Assembly (NCBI GenBank): GCA_964016885.1
Contig: OZ024741.1
Span: forward strand, 231,942,001 to 232,006,000
Direction of reading: 5' to 3'
DNA length: 64,000 bases
From: Eledone cirrhosa
Lineage: Eukaryota
Under the pieces are notes generated by a model. The model was given only the letters and a program-made list of their open reading frames with translations. It had not been told where the DNA came from and made no database searches. The first letter of the stretch is position 1, and every line of letters begins with the position of its first letter. This document shows, piece after piece, positions 1 to 14,622 of the stretch. The translations under genes and the position numbers were made by a program.

Positions 1-1925
1 CCTTCTCCACCCTGATTTTCCTCTTCAAGTGAAATATGAAAAAGTTAATCAGGTCTTCGACAAAGAAAAGGTGGCTGTCTTCAACCCTTTCAAATGCGTC
101 CACCACATGACCTCTTTCGCCATGGTGACCAGGTAGATAAAGAACTGCCTGTCCTTCCCCTCTAAAGGAAGATGGCGGGCCGATCTTCACAATGGACTCA
201 GTTGATAGTTGCATCCGTCTACACGTGACAGCATGTGCTCGACATAAACTCACAAGTCAACAATACTTGGAAACTTGACGAGTGCATGCAGAGCGGTTTC
301 TTTGCCGGCGCGCTCCTCTGGCAGGCCCGATCAACGGGACTTTGATGCCTCTAGATTTTATACCGAATTAGCAAAGCTCCTCGGTAGTATTGTCAGACAA
401 GGGATTTCTGGAAATTATCCAAGGGCCCTGATCCGAGAGTCCTCTGAAAGAGAGTAGATTGTTGATTTTAGTCAACGCCCAGCGTCTCCTCAAGGACGTC
501 ATCGTTCTTACCCCCCATTAACCCTTAATAGAACGCTCAGGTGGAGTTTCCACCGATGTTTCTGCCCGATTTGCTGAGGGCTGTGATCGCTTGAAGACAT
601 TTCAGTCTCTAAACGCTCCTTCTCGATCTTCGCTTGACACAAGATTGCAGCTCAATGAAGGAGATGAGCTGCGGAAAACTTGTCGACCACACTTGTTCAC
701 CATCCAGGAAAAGTAGATGTCATGGCCTCAGTGCATATTTGCGTAACATCAGCCAGGGCATACCCAATCCTCACCGTAGCGGGTGTTGACAGCAGTTGGA
801 CAGCCTGCCCGATGGAACATGGCCCCACCACAAAAAAACGAAAGATTAGACGCTCCAGTCCACATTGGCACATTTGGAAAATCATTTCGGTATCTCTCAG
901 ACAGTTGAAAGTGTCTGAGCAGATTTTTGGGGCTTTTACATTCTCTTTCCCTCTCCGTTATTCCCACACAGTCACAACGTGTATCCAATATATCCTTTCA
1001 GTCTCCCACTTACACTAAAGAGCGGGACGTTCCTAGAAATGTATCAAGGCCTCTAAAGAAATCAAGCCACCCCGCCCTTGTCGGGCCATAGGCAGCCACT
1101 AGTATGAAAGCACAGCCTTCGCTGCTGGTCACGTCCAGCACCACTAACTAACCTTGTGGATCCCGGAAGATCGAGGCCTTTCCGAAATAGCAAAGCGGCC
1201 CCACCCTCGGATCCGCGATGGCTTTGAGTTGCGTTAACCACGTATTCGCCGAAGGTGGGTGCGAAATTTCGTGTTGGAAATTCTGGCCTCACTGTTGGCC
1301 ACCACATCTATGTTTAGTAACCTGAGATGGTTAAGCAGGTGATCCAGCTTCCAAGACAATCCTAGGCCACGTGTATTTTCACTACCTATTTTGAAAGATG
1401 CCATGTTGGATGAAAGAAAAATGGGAAAGGCCACTTCCCTTAATCTTTTTTTAAGAAAGGTGGCTGTTCCGCCCCTGCTCGGATGTGGCTCGTTTGCAAG
1501 TACGTCCCCATATATGCTTCTGGAAAGTGTCCTTCAGTATTTAAAAATTGCCTCAAGGTACATTTGTTTTTAAATGTGTACGCGTTTTTCATCTATGTTT
1601 ATAAAATTTAAGTGTTGATGTGGTGTTAGGTTATGTGATGTATTTCTGAAATGCTTTTATGTTGTATGTTGGTTGTTCATGTTTATTGCTGTATAGTACT
1701 GGTTCCATGTTTCTGTTGGATTTGGTTGTTCGGGATGTGTTTGTTGTTTGCGGTATCTGTTGTGGTGGGCACTGTGGGGGTTATGTGGTTTACTGGTGTT
1801 GATGGTGGTGGTGGTGGTGAAAGTGGTGATGTTGGTACTGGTGACCTTGTTGCATGTGTTGGTAATAGTTGTCTCAATGTTTTAGCTATTTGCCTTCTTT
1901 CCACATGCCGTTGTGTGTTCCAGTG
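1..1925 (-). mobile_element. Decayed, internally deleted Tx1/L1-clade LINE (ORF2 C-terminus, APE endonuclease fragment, probable ORF1 tail)
   Basis: 1-700 aligns by eye to the Tx1-like copy at about 62195-62900 (e.g. CCCTGATTTTCCT...AAAAGTTAATCAGG, CACAATGGACTCAG). The minus ORF 1234..1434 has RGLGLSWKLDHLLNHLRLLNIDVV, resembling an APE endonuclease N-terminus. Confidence 0.75.
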
Positions 1926-2139
1926 ATCCAGCCTTTAATGACATACTCTAGGTATCGAGATGCGATGCTATCGAAAGCTATCGGTTGATTTAAAATCCGC
2001 AGAACCTCACTGAAGCCTGGTTTACACCCTACCTCCTCTATTATTTAACGTCTGAGGTGGTGCTAGTCGTGTATGGACCTAGTCGGGTTTGCGATGGTTG
2101 CTCCTCCCGTAGCAAATACTGGACTACAAGCGCCAGCAT

Positions 2140-4430
2140 CTTTGCTAATACTCTTGCAACATCTTAAACTCTGTGTTTAGCAGAGCTATGGGCTTGAGAT
2201 TGCCTAGCTTAACCTTTTTGTTCTTATATTTCCTTGTCAGTATCACCATGCTCCGGGTCACTGTAGTGGGAATAGTGTTAGTTGCTGTTGAGTGATTCAA
2301 GGAGATCGGAATATCTATGTAAATCTCATAGGGCAGACCACCCAAACCGGGCGACATGCACCTCCGGCATCCCGAATCTCGGCTGAGTTATCGGCCTTTT
2401 GCCGCGCTCAGCTTCTGCTGGCGTGAGACGCTGCAAGCCATCGAGGTAGGAACTGAAATCTGCTATCGTCTATTTTCACCCGCCCTTCCTGAACAGTCGA
2501 TCAAAGTGCTGGCGAAAGGTCGCACATATCTGACTGGAAACGTTCAGCATGAGTTCGTTTCGGTCCGTCAAAAACTAAATTGTCGATTTATTACCTAGCT
2601 GCACCTCCACCCCGTGAGCCCATCCAACAGCTTTCGTTCACTTGTTTCACAGAACAATCGCGTTAGCTATGACAATGCAACATTCGTGTTTCGCATTGAA
2701 GAAAAGATCTAATGCCATTCTCAGCGTTATTACGTCAGTTGCAATACCACTACAAATAGCCTCATCTAATTTAAATAACAGCTCCCCCTACTTTCTATTT
2801 TTTATAACGCTAGTTCTTTACTAAAGGCTATCGAAATTACTCTAATTACGGTTGTTTTCGACACTCCTCTGAAAACTTAACAGTAAAAGGTGAGACGTTC
2901 CCTAAAAGGCTTGCTTGCGCCTAAATGAATCCGGTTATGCGGCCTCGGTGGGGTGCAGACGGTCACCTGGTTAAAGGCACCCCATTATTTATTGCTTACG
3001 TCCAGCTCCTCCAACTTACCACCCGGTTCCAGGAAGATGAACCTTCTCTCGACATCCAGGCCTTACTTAAACAGCACTGCCACCCCAACACCCATTTCCA
3101 TTTGACTAAGAGATGCGAAGATGTGTTAGGCGTCGAAATTCGGGACTATTGCGCTTGTCGGAAATCCTGGTCCGTTTGGAACACTTTTAAATGTCGTCTC
3201 AAAGCTTTTCCCACTAGGGTTTTTCACATCGGTTTAGAAGCTCCCTCTAACGTTTTTATATGCGTTAACTTTCATCCGCCCCGCCAGCAGTGTTTTATAC
3301 ACTTTGACGGTCCAGGGGCCAAAAGTCTGCCCCTCTTTCGCAATATCTTGACTTCCTGTTACACTGGCATACATTTGTTGTTGGGCCTCTTTAGTAGCAC
3401 ATATTTGGTTGTTTCTGTTGATGTTAGTGCCTGAATGTATTTCTATTTGCGGAGCATGAGTAGCGATTGTGTGTGTGTGTGTGTTTTTGGTGGTGGTTGT
3501 GTTTTTGTTGACAGTTGTGATGTTGGTTTTGTTGCAGGCGTGTCTGTGCTTGCTGTTTGTAAGTTTTGTGTACTTGTAGGTCTGTGTGAAGGTACATTAC
3601 TCTTTTTTCTGGTTTTGCTTTACTCGTTGTAATGTTGGGTTCCCCCTCATCTTCAGTTGTGAATGAAGAAGGTGGTTCTGTGCATGACGGGAGTGGGAGT
3701 GTGCTTACTGCTCTGTGAGTGTGGCTTTATATGTGTGTATGTTTGAAAGAGGCGGAAAGAGACAGCTCCTTTGTGCGATCTTGTGCGTGGTTTTGGTGGT
3801 CCTTGTTGGTGTTATTGTTGCGGTTGCTGTTGTTAGACTTGGTGCTGCTAATTTTGCGGTCACTGAGACTGGGGCGGGCATTGCCGGTAGTGAGTTTTTT
3901 TTTTTGTCCCAGCACTAGGGTTTTTAGCCGAGTTGGGTTAAAACATTTGCAGTTTTGTGCTGTTTCGCCACAAACCAAACAATGCGGCCTTTTGTCTTCA
4001 ATGACCATCTGTATCACAGTCCCGTCTTGGAGGCGAATGAGATGCAGGAATCTTTTAGTTATCCTGTTTTGAGTTGGAGAAGGATCTCCAAATCCACCCT
4101 GCTGCAGTCCTCCCCGTCAGTTCTGGTGACATCAATGAGGATTCTATCGATACCTTTCTCGATTACGCACATCAAGAGCCACCACAGGTCCAGTCCTGGA
4201 TGTGGATTCTTACTCTCATCCTGCCCATTTGGATGCATTACAAGTGGTCCGTCTTACAGGAGGTCACTGAATTCTTTATATCAAGGACCTCGGATTAAAA
4301 CAGCACCGCGATAGTACCAAATTGTTTACCACTCTCTATATACCCTATATTTTCCCGGATGCATTTGAGTGCAGCTACTACCTGAGCTTGTTGAGCAAGT
4401 TCCTCCTTGAACGTCTGCACCGAAATGCAT
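2140..4430 (-). mobile_element. Decayed Tx1/L1-clade LINE 5' half (ORF1 with Zn-knuckle-like motif, endonuclease, start of RT)
   Basis: ORF 2145..2357 SPGLGGLPYEIY...KPIALLNTEFKML matches the pre-RT motif SPGxDG...RPIxLLNxDYK. ORF 3727..4017 has RPHCLVCGETAQ, a degenerate CCHC knuckle. Confidence 0.7.
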
Positions 4431-4437
4431 CTAAATA

Positions 4438-4503
4438 TAATTGTTTCTACATTTGGCACAAGGCCAGCAATTACCCAGTGCTTTACTGAACTTTATTTTA
4501 TCT
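4438..4503 (-). mobile_element. 3' fragment of the tRNA-derived SINE seen in full at 41111
   Basis: TTGTTTCTAC...GGCACAAGGCCAGCAATTACCCAGTG...CTTTATTTTATC is the reverse complement of 41240-41303. Other fragments lie at about 19603-19680 (-) and 51368-51468 (+). Confidence 0.7.
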
Positions 4504-4504
4504 A

Positions 4505-5185
4505 AATATAATGATCATCCATCGCTTAGGCCTGGACAGTTAGCTTGAGCCAGGTCTTGTCACGTTTAATCAGCTTCCATGCCTGGGTCAAACGTTGCTC
4601 TTTTTCTCTCTGCCCTACCCGACCATCCTGAATTACCCCCATCTGCATATTAACTCTTTAAAAAGGGAAACATATCCAACCCCAAACTACCATTTGCCTC
4701 CATAATGGACCAAACAAGCGCTCTTGCCATAATAACACTTTTTGAGCTACTTATCCTCAAGAACTATGCCTATAAATAATATTATTCTTTCTTTCCCATT
4801 ACCTTATCATGTTACACATCACCCCTTTTTTTTCTTTTTTCTTTTTATTCAAATCCTTGTTTGTAAATAATAATATTCTTTCCCATTTCCTTAACATTTT
4901 CAACATCACCTTATCTTCTCTCCAACATTTTATACCAATTCAAATCCCCCTCCCCCTTGATAATGCATAAAATGCTGAAACCGGTAATAGACAATTATTA
5001 AATATATAAATAAATAAATAGATGCCTTTGTTAATTAATAAATAAATTAACTAATAACACCTTAACACTTCACACAAATAAAATATTTTGCTTTAAAGAT
5101 TTTCAACTCAGAACAAAGAGAGAAAAATAAAGGGAAAAAAAGTATATTTTTCTTCCTAATAACCGTTTTTTTCTCCTTATTTACA
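4505..5185 (+). mobile_element. PLE 3' end fragment with decayed hammerhead motif (4957-4986)
   Basis: TTGATAA-tGCAtaaaaTGCt-GAAA-CCGG-TA gives a U3/A8 core and palindromic stem III ACCGGT; stem I is no longer complementary. The fragment ends in (TA)n. Confidence 0.5.
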
Positions 5186-5200
5186 TATATATATATATAT

Positions 5201-5400
5201 ATAACGAAGGAATTGTGGTAATAAACCAGATGGTACCAGAGTACTCAATACTTAGGGTAGTAGAGTGGGTAATAGGAAACATTTTAATCCCGACGGCAGA
5301 GCTCAAGCCGTCTCGACGACTATTTCTGGACTAAATTAGAAATTTTAGCTTGGTAATAAATAGCTGAACTTTTCAAAGGGTAATTCCTTATATGGGAAGA
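5201..5400 (-). mobile_element. Short (TA)n-embedded repeat family A, copy 1, with full decayed hammerhead
   Basis: Minus strand: CCCT-TTGAAAA-[stem II ...GCTATTT/AAATAGTC...]-GAGAC-GGC-TTGAGCTCT-GCC-GTC-GGG. Shares CCAGAGTACTCAATACTTAGGGTAGTAGAGTGGG with copies at 6541, 33761 and 51017. Confidence 0.7.
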
Positions 5401-6506
5401 TTGTAGTTGTCAAAAGTATTGGTCACATTTTCTTGTAAACACAATAAAATATTTCATGGCAGTAGGTGGTTGAACTTGCATGTAGAGCAATGAGGGAGTG
5501 GGTGGAGCCGGTCAAGCGTTGAAAGCTAATTCCATACAGCAAATTCTAAGACGTGTGTATGAAATTAAGTTAGTTAGGAAGCAGGCGAAGATGGATATTG
5601 AGAGAGGAACGTTATAGAAATGGTTAATAAATTGAGATTAAAAGATAATAAATAAAATATATGTAAAAATAATAAAATTAAATAGTAAAAATAATTTTTA
5701 AAATCTCTAGAGTCTAAAGCTGTTCCTATATTTTTAGCTGGTATTGCGTTTTCGGCCAATGCTATATATAATTTACTGGGGTGGGGTAGTGAGGCAACAG
5801 AAGCCCGATTAGCTGTCTTGGGGTAGGCGAAAAAGGAAAAGGAAGAGGAGAGGGAGTGAAAGGAAGTGATAAGAAGAGATAAAGGGAAGAAGAAAAGAAA
5901 AAGAAATAGAAAAGAATTACATCTATCTATGTATGCTGGTGTTCCCCTATCTTGTTCGGCAATGAGGGGGTTTGAAGGCGAAGTAAGTCCTACACAATCG
6001 GTGTTTACATGCAGTTACATATTCGAACTGAATGATGGTAAGCTTGAAGGAAACAAGGAAAGAAACACAAAAAGCACAATGTGTGTGCTATGCTTTGACC
6101 CTGAGACAGGCCTAGTAGTGTGTTGACATACAGCTGAAGCAAAACCATGGTACACCCATTTTACTCTTTGTTTTTGTTTTTTGCTTATTTCATTAAAGCT
6201 TACCATTATTCCGTTGGTATAGATCTATTATGCAATTCACACGTGATGTGATAACGGGTTTCTTACGCAAACAAGCCACTGAAATGTGCATAGTGTTTAT
6301 AGTAATAAAAAATTAAGGAAGTTAAACATATTTGCCTCAAGTCATTTCAATTCATAATACATTTACTCCGTTCCTGCACCACGAACATGATTCAACATTG
6401 AAAATGGATGAGTTACATAATGTCGAGTGCCTTTCACATAATACGTCATGGTTAACATTGGAGAATAACCAATTCTACCCAGTGGTACACTACCAAATTT
6501 AAACGT

Positions 6507-6540
<34 letters not shown>

Positions 6541-6544
<4 letters not shown>

Positions 6545-6681
6545 CAAAGGAAATGAGGTAAGGAACCAGATGGACCATAACGCACCAGAGTACTCAATAC
6601 TTAGGGTAGTAGAGTGGGAAATAGAAAAAAGTATGACCCCAACGTCGAAACGGCTTGAGCTCTGCCGTCGGGGTCATACTT

Positions 6682-6686
<5 letters not shown>
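6541..6686. mobile_element. Repeat family A, copy 2 (fold-back with hammerhead 3' half)
   Basis: AAAAAGTATGACCCC-aacgtcGAAACGGCTTGAGCTCTGCCGTC-GGGGTCATACTTTTT, flanked on both sides by (TA)n. Confidence 0.75.
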
Positions 6687-6721
<35 letters not shown>

Positions 6722-6749
6722 AATTTATATATATACACACATATATATA

Positions 6750-9700
6750 TAGGAATACCTACGAAAGGTTGCTCATAGCTAGCGTAAACTCTTTTGTTAA
6801 AAGATTAAGGTGGCGTGCTTTCCACTACGATAGGAACCGGGATAACCCTCAGCAAACAACCCGGGTTAATAGGTATGGATTCAAGACATAAAGAGCCCAC
6901 CGCACGATAGTAGGCTGGATGGCTTTGAAAGCGACCTTCTAAACCTTGTGAAGGATATTAGATATAGGACTAAAAGCCATAGCAAGAACCCTTTCCGTAG
7001 AGATCTTAGCTCTATTATTAAGGGCTTCGAGGAAATTTCTAACATTCTCGTCCCCTCAGATAAAACAAACAAATTATGTAACTTGGACTCGAAGACTTAC
7101 AGAAACTTCATATACAGGGAACTTCACAGAAATTATAAGAAAACTACATATGGAAACCTAGACGAGATAAATAAGAAAGGGCTAGAAATCGTTAAGACGC
7201 TGAACCTGGAAAGGTACACCCAGCCTTTCACCCCTAAGCAACCAAGATTCACACTGAATGATCACAAAGAGGACTTCCTTAGTAACGCCTCAATTAGGCT
7301 CATTAGCCCCTCTAAGTCTGACTTAGGGATAATAAGTAAGAAAATCTTGGACGCCGTCATCCCTGTTATGCGAAGTAAAATTGACCTTGACCTGGGGCAA
7401 TACTGAGGAGGTCATTAAATAATTCTCAAGCATTAGTAACCATAAGTTCCTGAAGTTCATCCAATTCGATATCAACTCATACTATACCTCGATCTCTCCC
7501 ATCCTTCTAAATAAGGCCCTTATATTAGCTATGCAAAATAGTGACCTGACTAGATCCCAAATTGATATCATCATTTCTGCCCGGAGAACTATCATCCTCT
7601 TCGAGGACCAACTTTGGACCCGGAAGAACTCGCCGAATAACTTTGTTGTCACAATGTGGTCCAGCGATTCGGCGCAGGTCACTGACTTGGTTGGACTTTA
7701 CCTCCTCCATGAACTGCATAAAACATTCCAGAATTTCAAAGGGGCGCTATACTGTGACGACGCCCTGTTCACTATTGAAAATAAAAAAACATAATATAGA
7801 AAGGACGAGAAAAGAACTACATAAATTCTTCAAAAGCTTTAACCTTAGCATAACGATAGACATAAATAATAAAACGGTTAACTTTCTAGAATTGGAAAAT
7901 AAATAATCCTCACCCTATCACACGCCAGATGAAATACTAACATACGTGAATGCACATTCCGACCACCCTAGACCCGTCCTAAATGCCATAATTAAAGGGG
8001 TATCTAACAGGATTAGCAGACTATCACATAATGAGCAAGCATTTAGGTCTAATGTAAGGTACTATAATAAAGCACTAGCAAATTCCGGTTTTAGAGAAAA
8101 AATATGCTACATACATAATAACGCCCAAACCACCAGGGCCGGACAATATAATGTAATCACACACAATATGGCTTTGCCTAATAGAAGCGGACTCAAAAAT
8201 AGGAACTACACGGGTACTGTAGGCAGCTCTGACCAACCCCAAGGGATTCCATTTAACATGCCTCATTGGTATGGCAATAACACTAACCATAGGATAAAAG
8301 CTAGAAAATTGAAGTGTAATAGGAAAGACAGGGAAGCGTACTCTTCCCCTAGTACGAAAAATAAGAAAAATAGACGAAGATCCAATTCCTACTTTAATCC
8401 ACCTTACAACTCGGAGGTATCAACCAATGTACCAAAGGCATTCTTCTCGATCTTGGGAAAAAGTTCCACACACCCACCCCCGGTAGTAAATACCATAGTA
8501 TCATCAATAAAAACACAATTAAGCTATCTTTCTCCACTACTCCAAATCTAGCTCGTCACCTAGCCATAACGAACAACAACAAAATTAGAAAGGGTTTCGA
8601 TACCATTGCAGCTGCGGCACACCGGCAACCACTAGATGGATCTGATGCGGCGTCACCCAGCAATACTATCCACACATCTGATGTACGGTTGCCAAATCTG
8701 GAACGCACAGAAAACCAGACATCTCCTGTGCCGCAGAATCACATACACCGAAAATGTAACTGCAGACGAAAGGCGGAGTGCCCCCTAAAGGGACAATGCC
8801 CTATAATCAACATTGTCTACGCATGTGATATTACAACTCGGACCTCCTCCAAAACATATATAGGGTCTACATCGACCCCTTTAAGACTAGATACACCTCC
8901 CACCGCTATACATTTAGTCTTGATAGACTTAAGAATACTACATCCCTAGCTAGTTACATACCCCTCCTGAAGAACACTGATATTCAATACACGCTTGATT
9001 GGAGAATCATCATTAAATCATCGAAGTACAGACCCCCTAACAAGACCTGGGACTTTGGTCTCTCTGAATCACACGCCATAATACACTCCAAACTGAACCT
9101 GCTAAATAGGAAGTCGGAGATATTCTCTTCTTGCCCGCACATAAATCTTAGTTCCTTCGATTATTTTAGATCAATTAGCTAACGCTGTAGGATCTGCATA
9201 CCTCCGTCCTGTCTGGCCTACGTAAAACCACGCCGCACTGCATCCTGGTTCCTTTGTGACGTTAACTGCCCTTCAGGTGCATATAGACTACTCTAATACT
9301 TTTTCTCTTCTGCCCCCTCTCTTACTTTTCTTCCTCTCTTCCCTAGTTCATCTTATTGGACCAGAAGCCAAGTACCCTGGGGTAGAACCTACTTAAGGCT
9401 GTTCACTATACCTAGCACAGCTTGACCCTATATAGGAACATACCCACACTAACCATGTTAGTATGCTTTATAAATACACCCATTGTGCACTAACAGATAG
9501 CACAGCACAGAAAACCCCGCCGCAGCCATAAAGCGGGTGAATTGGGCACCCGGGGTCTAGTTAACCTTAACCCTAAAGTGTGTAATAGATCTAGTCTAGT
9601 ATAGTGAACTGTGGTAGCAATTCGTGTGGGCTGGGCGCCGCTGAATCGACCTAGCCCCAGAGGGAAGGGGAGGTTGATCGCCGAGGGCTTCGAATCAAAC

Positions 9701-11225
9701 AAAAGACATGCCCCTAGCATCTCGTTGGATATCTAATGAATCCGCCCTTTATGACGCGAATTGCCTCCCATAACTTTCATACGTACACTACGACTTCCTG
9801 TGTTTATATTCAGACTACCGTTGTGTGTTACGAGCGAGAGACTAATCTTTGAAAGTTGGAGTTAGTTGAATATGAATAGTGATTCAGCTTTGATGAATTA
9901 TGGAACCACACTCAAGGCATAGTGCAGCACTGGATATAGAACTCCGGCCGACCCAGGAGGGGTCACACCCGACTGATTGCAACCTCATGAGTCAATAATC
10001 TAAACGAGAACCACGTGGCGGAAATATAAATAACATAGCTGTCATTGACAGGTTTGGTTGTGAGTTCTCTCTTCAATATATAACTATATACTCTACAGAA
10101 ATTTGCATTCACTATAATAAACCCGCCTATTATTATAACAATATATGCTCATCTTGCCATATGTGATTCTGGAAGGGGAGTTTCCTACAGACACTTTTTC
10201 TCTATATGTAACGGGACAGCCATCGCGATTTGTATTTACTGTGGTACAGTTGTATGCGGTGTGGTACATTGGTTGAACACCAACTTGGACATACAGTGAA
10301 TTTCACCTGGCACGTTGGATTGAGCGACCGAACGTAAGGATTTGGGGGAATGCCAGTTTCTGCGGACCTGGCGTGTTTTCAATTTCCTCACATCTGCACC
10401 GGCTCTATATGTACCATGCATTTCTTTAACTCGTCGTACTTTCTTTTATTTTATTTTGGATTTTGGGTGTATATCCCAGACCGCCTATGGTGATAAATCC
10501 ACTGGGTATAGGTTTTGGAAAGGTAGTAGGGCGCGGATAGGATAAGGAGAATCGACCTGTTAGAAGGCGGTATAATTGGAGTACGCCATCCTTCATATGG
10601 ACTATCATATATGTAACGCTACACCACTACTAACCAATTATTCGTTTCACAGACTCATGCTTGCAAACTCTATTGATATGCCTGTACACCATCTTTTTGC
10701 ACTGATTGTGATTTGATGCATCTATGCTCTGCTTTCTCTTATATTTATTTCGGGTCTCCGGGCTTTTTGTTCCTTTATTGTTTTGTATTTTTATATTTGT
10801 CTCTTTTATTATCCCTGTATTTTTGCACTTTTTTATTTTTTTTGAAATTATTTTCTTATTGTTTCTGATCATGCTGAGTAAAACCCTCAATCTTCCCTTG
10901 CTACCCTCTCCCAACCTCTTTATCATCTATTGCACCATTAAAGTGATACATTTTTGGTGTAATTTTTAATTTTTAATTTTTAAATTTTTAAGACCTTTTA
11001 TTACATTATGTGCATTATGTATTCTGACTTTTTCCATATAGCGCTGGCCTCGGGAGCCCACTGCTGGTCCTTTAAACTTGTTCTGGTGACGCAGCTCGAT
11101 GGAGCATGCAACTACTGATATACTCATGTGTATAGGCTCTGATGATTCCTGCCATGGTGTATGGATGAAACACTGTTAGCTAATAAAACAATGTATTTCT
11201 AAATGCTCTTTGGTTATTCCTATAA
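6750..11225 (+). mobile_element. Penelope-like retroelement, Hydra-type (frameshifted RT plus C-terminal GIY-YIG), with ~2 kb 3' region ending in a hammerhead
   Basis: RT motifs: PSDKT, TLNDHK, RLISPSKSDLG, FIQFDI, VTMWSSDSAQVTDLVGL, LYCDDAL, TVNFL. Linker and endonuclease: YFNPPYNS, CNCRRKAECPLKGQC..IVYAC..YIGST. Bounded by (TA)n. Confidence 0.9.
11136..11180 (+). ncRNA. Minimal type I hammerhead ribozyme motif at PLE 3' end
   Basis: GCT-CTGATGA-tTCC..GGAt-GAAAC-act-GTT-AGC, followed by AATAAA. The homologue at 24146-24192 occupies the equivalent position. Confidence 0.7.
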
Positions 11226-11830
<605 letters not shown>

Positions 11831-13195
11831 GTTATACTTGGGGAGGATCATATTTGTGTAATATTGCCAATATTACCCTAACAATAGACTACATGTATTA
11901 GACACGGAACTCTGGATCAACACTATAGACGAGAGAGCCCAAATTCTCCACTCACACTATGCTAAACCCATGGCCTCCAAATACCTGATACTCAAAAACT
12001 CAGCAATGTCCAGTAGTGCTAAGTTTAATATTCTGATCGCAGACTTGGTACGAGTGATGAAGAACGTGTCCCGCATGTGCGAGCCAACATACATGGAAAG
12101 ACACATCCAACACTTCATCAACCGCATGCAGTTCTCTGGCTACAACCAAAGAGACAGAATCAGAGTATACGAATGAGCCACGGAGAAGTATAAGACCCTC
12201 ATAGAACTGGACATGAAAGGAATCTGCCCATTATAGAGGAGCTAATCATTGAATAGCTTAGATAGGGCTAAACATAAGATAGGGAAAGCCACCTCATGGT
12301 ACGACAATCAGAGATACCAGAGTGTCATGTTTGTGAACAATGCTACACCTGGAGGGAAATTAGCTAACCGGTGTAGAATGGCCCTGAGAAAGACCAACTT
12401 AAAGATTAAGGTGGTAGAAAAACCAGGAACCACCATAAAATCCCTGATCAGCAAAACCTACCCTTTTAAGAAAACCCACTCTACTAATAAGAAATGTATT
12501 ATATGTAAGGTAAACCCCCGGATAAACTGTAAAACTAGAAACGTAGCCTATAGCATAAGATGTACAGAGGGTATTTGCAGAAACATGAAAACAACAACAT
12601 AGGCGAGACAGCTCGTAGTATAGGTGAAAGGATAGACCAACACTGGGGGGGAACTAAAAGGACGGAAAACGGTTCAGTACTGTACGAACATGCCAGACGA
12701 CAACACGACGGTAACATAGAGAACCTAGAAATTAGAATAATATCTAAACATAGAAATGACCCAGCAGATAGGCAAATCAGAGAGACCAGTGAAATAGAAC
12801 TTAGTAGGCCAAAGCTAAACGGAAAAAAATGAATGGAATCCCAACAACACCCAAACACACAAAACTGATCGAAGAGAAGTATAAATAAATAAATAAATAA
12901 ATAAATAGATAAATAAATAAATACATACACAAGCACAATAACAACAAACACATATAAACTCACACTAGTAAAGATAGAATACATTAACCAATACACAGTA
13001 ACCCAATCACGAACACGCATCAAACAAAACACTATACAAACACGCAAACGCATGCGCAAAGAAAACAAAAAAAACAAAACAAATAAATAAATATATAAAC
13101 AGACTAAATAAAGATGGCGTAGAAAATACAATGCAACGGGGGGAACAATAACACCACTGACGTTGTTGCAGATGTGCAACGAAAGAACTTTGATG

Positions 13196-13200
<5 letters not shown>
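11831..13200 (+). mobile_element. 5'-truncated PLE of a second clade (RT thumb plus CCHH-type GIY-YIG) with decayed hammerhead at 13153-13194
   Basis: HYAKPMASKYLILKNSAM..AKFNILIADLVR; CIICKVNPRINCKTRNVAYSIRC; IGETARSIGERIDQH..LYEHARRQH..RQIRE..LN. Hammerhead-like motif: CTGACGt-tGTTGCA-gatg-TGCAAC-GAAA-GaaC-TT. Confidence 0.85.
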
Positions 13201-13256
<56 letters not shown>

Positions 13257-13276
13257 TATATATATATATTTATATT

Positions 13277-13371
<95 letters not shown>

Positions 13372-13404
13372 GTCTATATATATATGTGTATATATATATA
13401 TATG

Positions 13405-13873
13405 TGAAGGCGTGTGGCTGAGTGGTTAGAGAATTGGATTCGCAATCGTAAGGTTGTGAGTTCGATTCCTGGACCAGGCGATGCGTTATGTCCTTGAGCA
13501 AGACACTTTATTTCAGGTTGCTCCTTCTACCTGGAGTTGCGACCGATAGAGAGTATTAACAATTGGAAAGACCAACGGAAACATTGTTCCCTCGGTCCGA
13601 TTTGACGAAAAGTCGATCGTTCCTTAAATATATGTGTTTGTGTCTATATTGTATCTGTGTTTATGACCGTTGGTCAGTCAATGGCAACATTGAGGACCGA
13701 ATAAATTAAATAACCGATATAAAGGACACAGAAGCGAAAAGCGAAAAGCAACCAAACAGTGAGTGTGTTCTGTTATTAATTCTGGCAATATTATACAAAT
13801 ATGACCCCAATATTACCAAATATGAACAATATTTGTTTCGACACACGATTTCATATAAACAACCTCGCAAAAC

Positions 13874-13939
<66 letters not shown>

Positions 13940-14166
13940 TATATAAAGGATCGATCGACTTTCGTCAAATCGGACCGAGGAAACAATGTTTCCGTTGGTC
14001 TTTCCAGTTGCTAGTACTATCTATCGGTCGCAACTCCAGGTAGAAGGAGCAACGTGAAATAAAGTGTCTTGCCCAAGGACATAACGCATCGCCCGGTCCA
14101 GGAATCGAACTCACAACCTCAACATTGTGAATCCAATTCTCTAACCACTCAGCTACACGCCTTCAC

Positions 14167-14168
<2 letters not shown>
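13405..14168. repeat. Inverted repeat (~225-bp arms, 13405-13630 and 13945-14168) made of a tRNA-derived SINE 5' part plus extra sequence
   Basis: A box GTGGCTGAGTGG, B box GAGTTCGATTCC and GTCCTTGAGCAAGACACTT in the left arm; reverse complement in the right arm. Confidence 0.85.
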
Positions 14169-14197
<29 letters not shown>

Positions 14198-14207
14198 CAC
14201 ACACACC

Positions 14208-14340
<133 letters not shown>

Positions 14341-14417
14341 TTATATATACATATATATATATATATAAATATATATATACTTATATATACATATATATAT
14401 ATATGTATATATATACA

Positions 14418-14450
<33 letters not shown>

Positions 14451-14564
14451 GTATATATATACATATATATATGTTCATATATATATACATATATATATAT
14501 GTATATATATATGTATATATATATATATATGTATATATATAGGTATATATATACATATATATAT

Positions 14565-14622
<58 letters not shown>

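Noticed and set aside
5975-6150. Possible exon near GATG|GTAAGC at ~6037
   Set aside because: The nearest acceptor gives only ~23 nt and the peptide has no recognisable similarity.
6750-9200. Selenocysteine or stop-readthrough recoding in the PLE ORFs
   Set aside because: Interruptions include frameshifts and mixed stop types, consistent with ordinary decay; no systematic TGA at Cys positions seen.
13405-13480. tRNA-like sequence (also 14090-14165 and 41115-41210)
   Set aside because: A and B boxes run directly into SINE bodies and I could not form a full cloverleaf; these are SINE heads.
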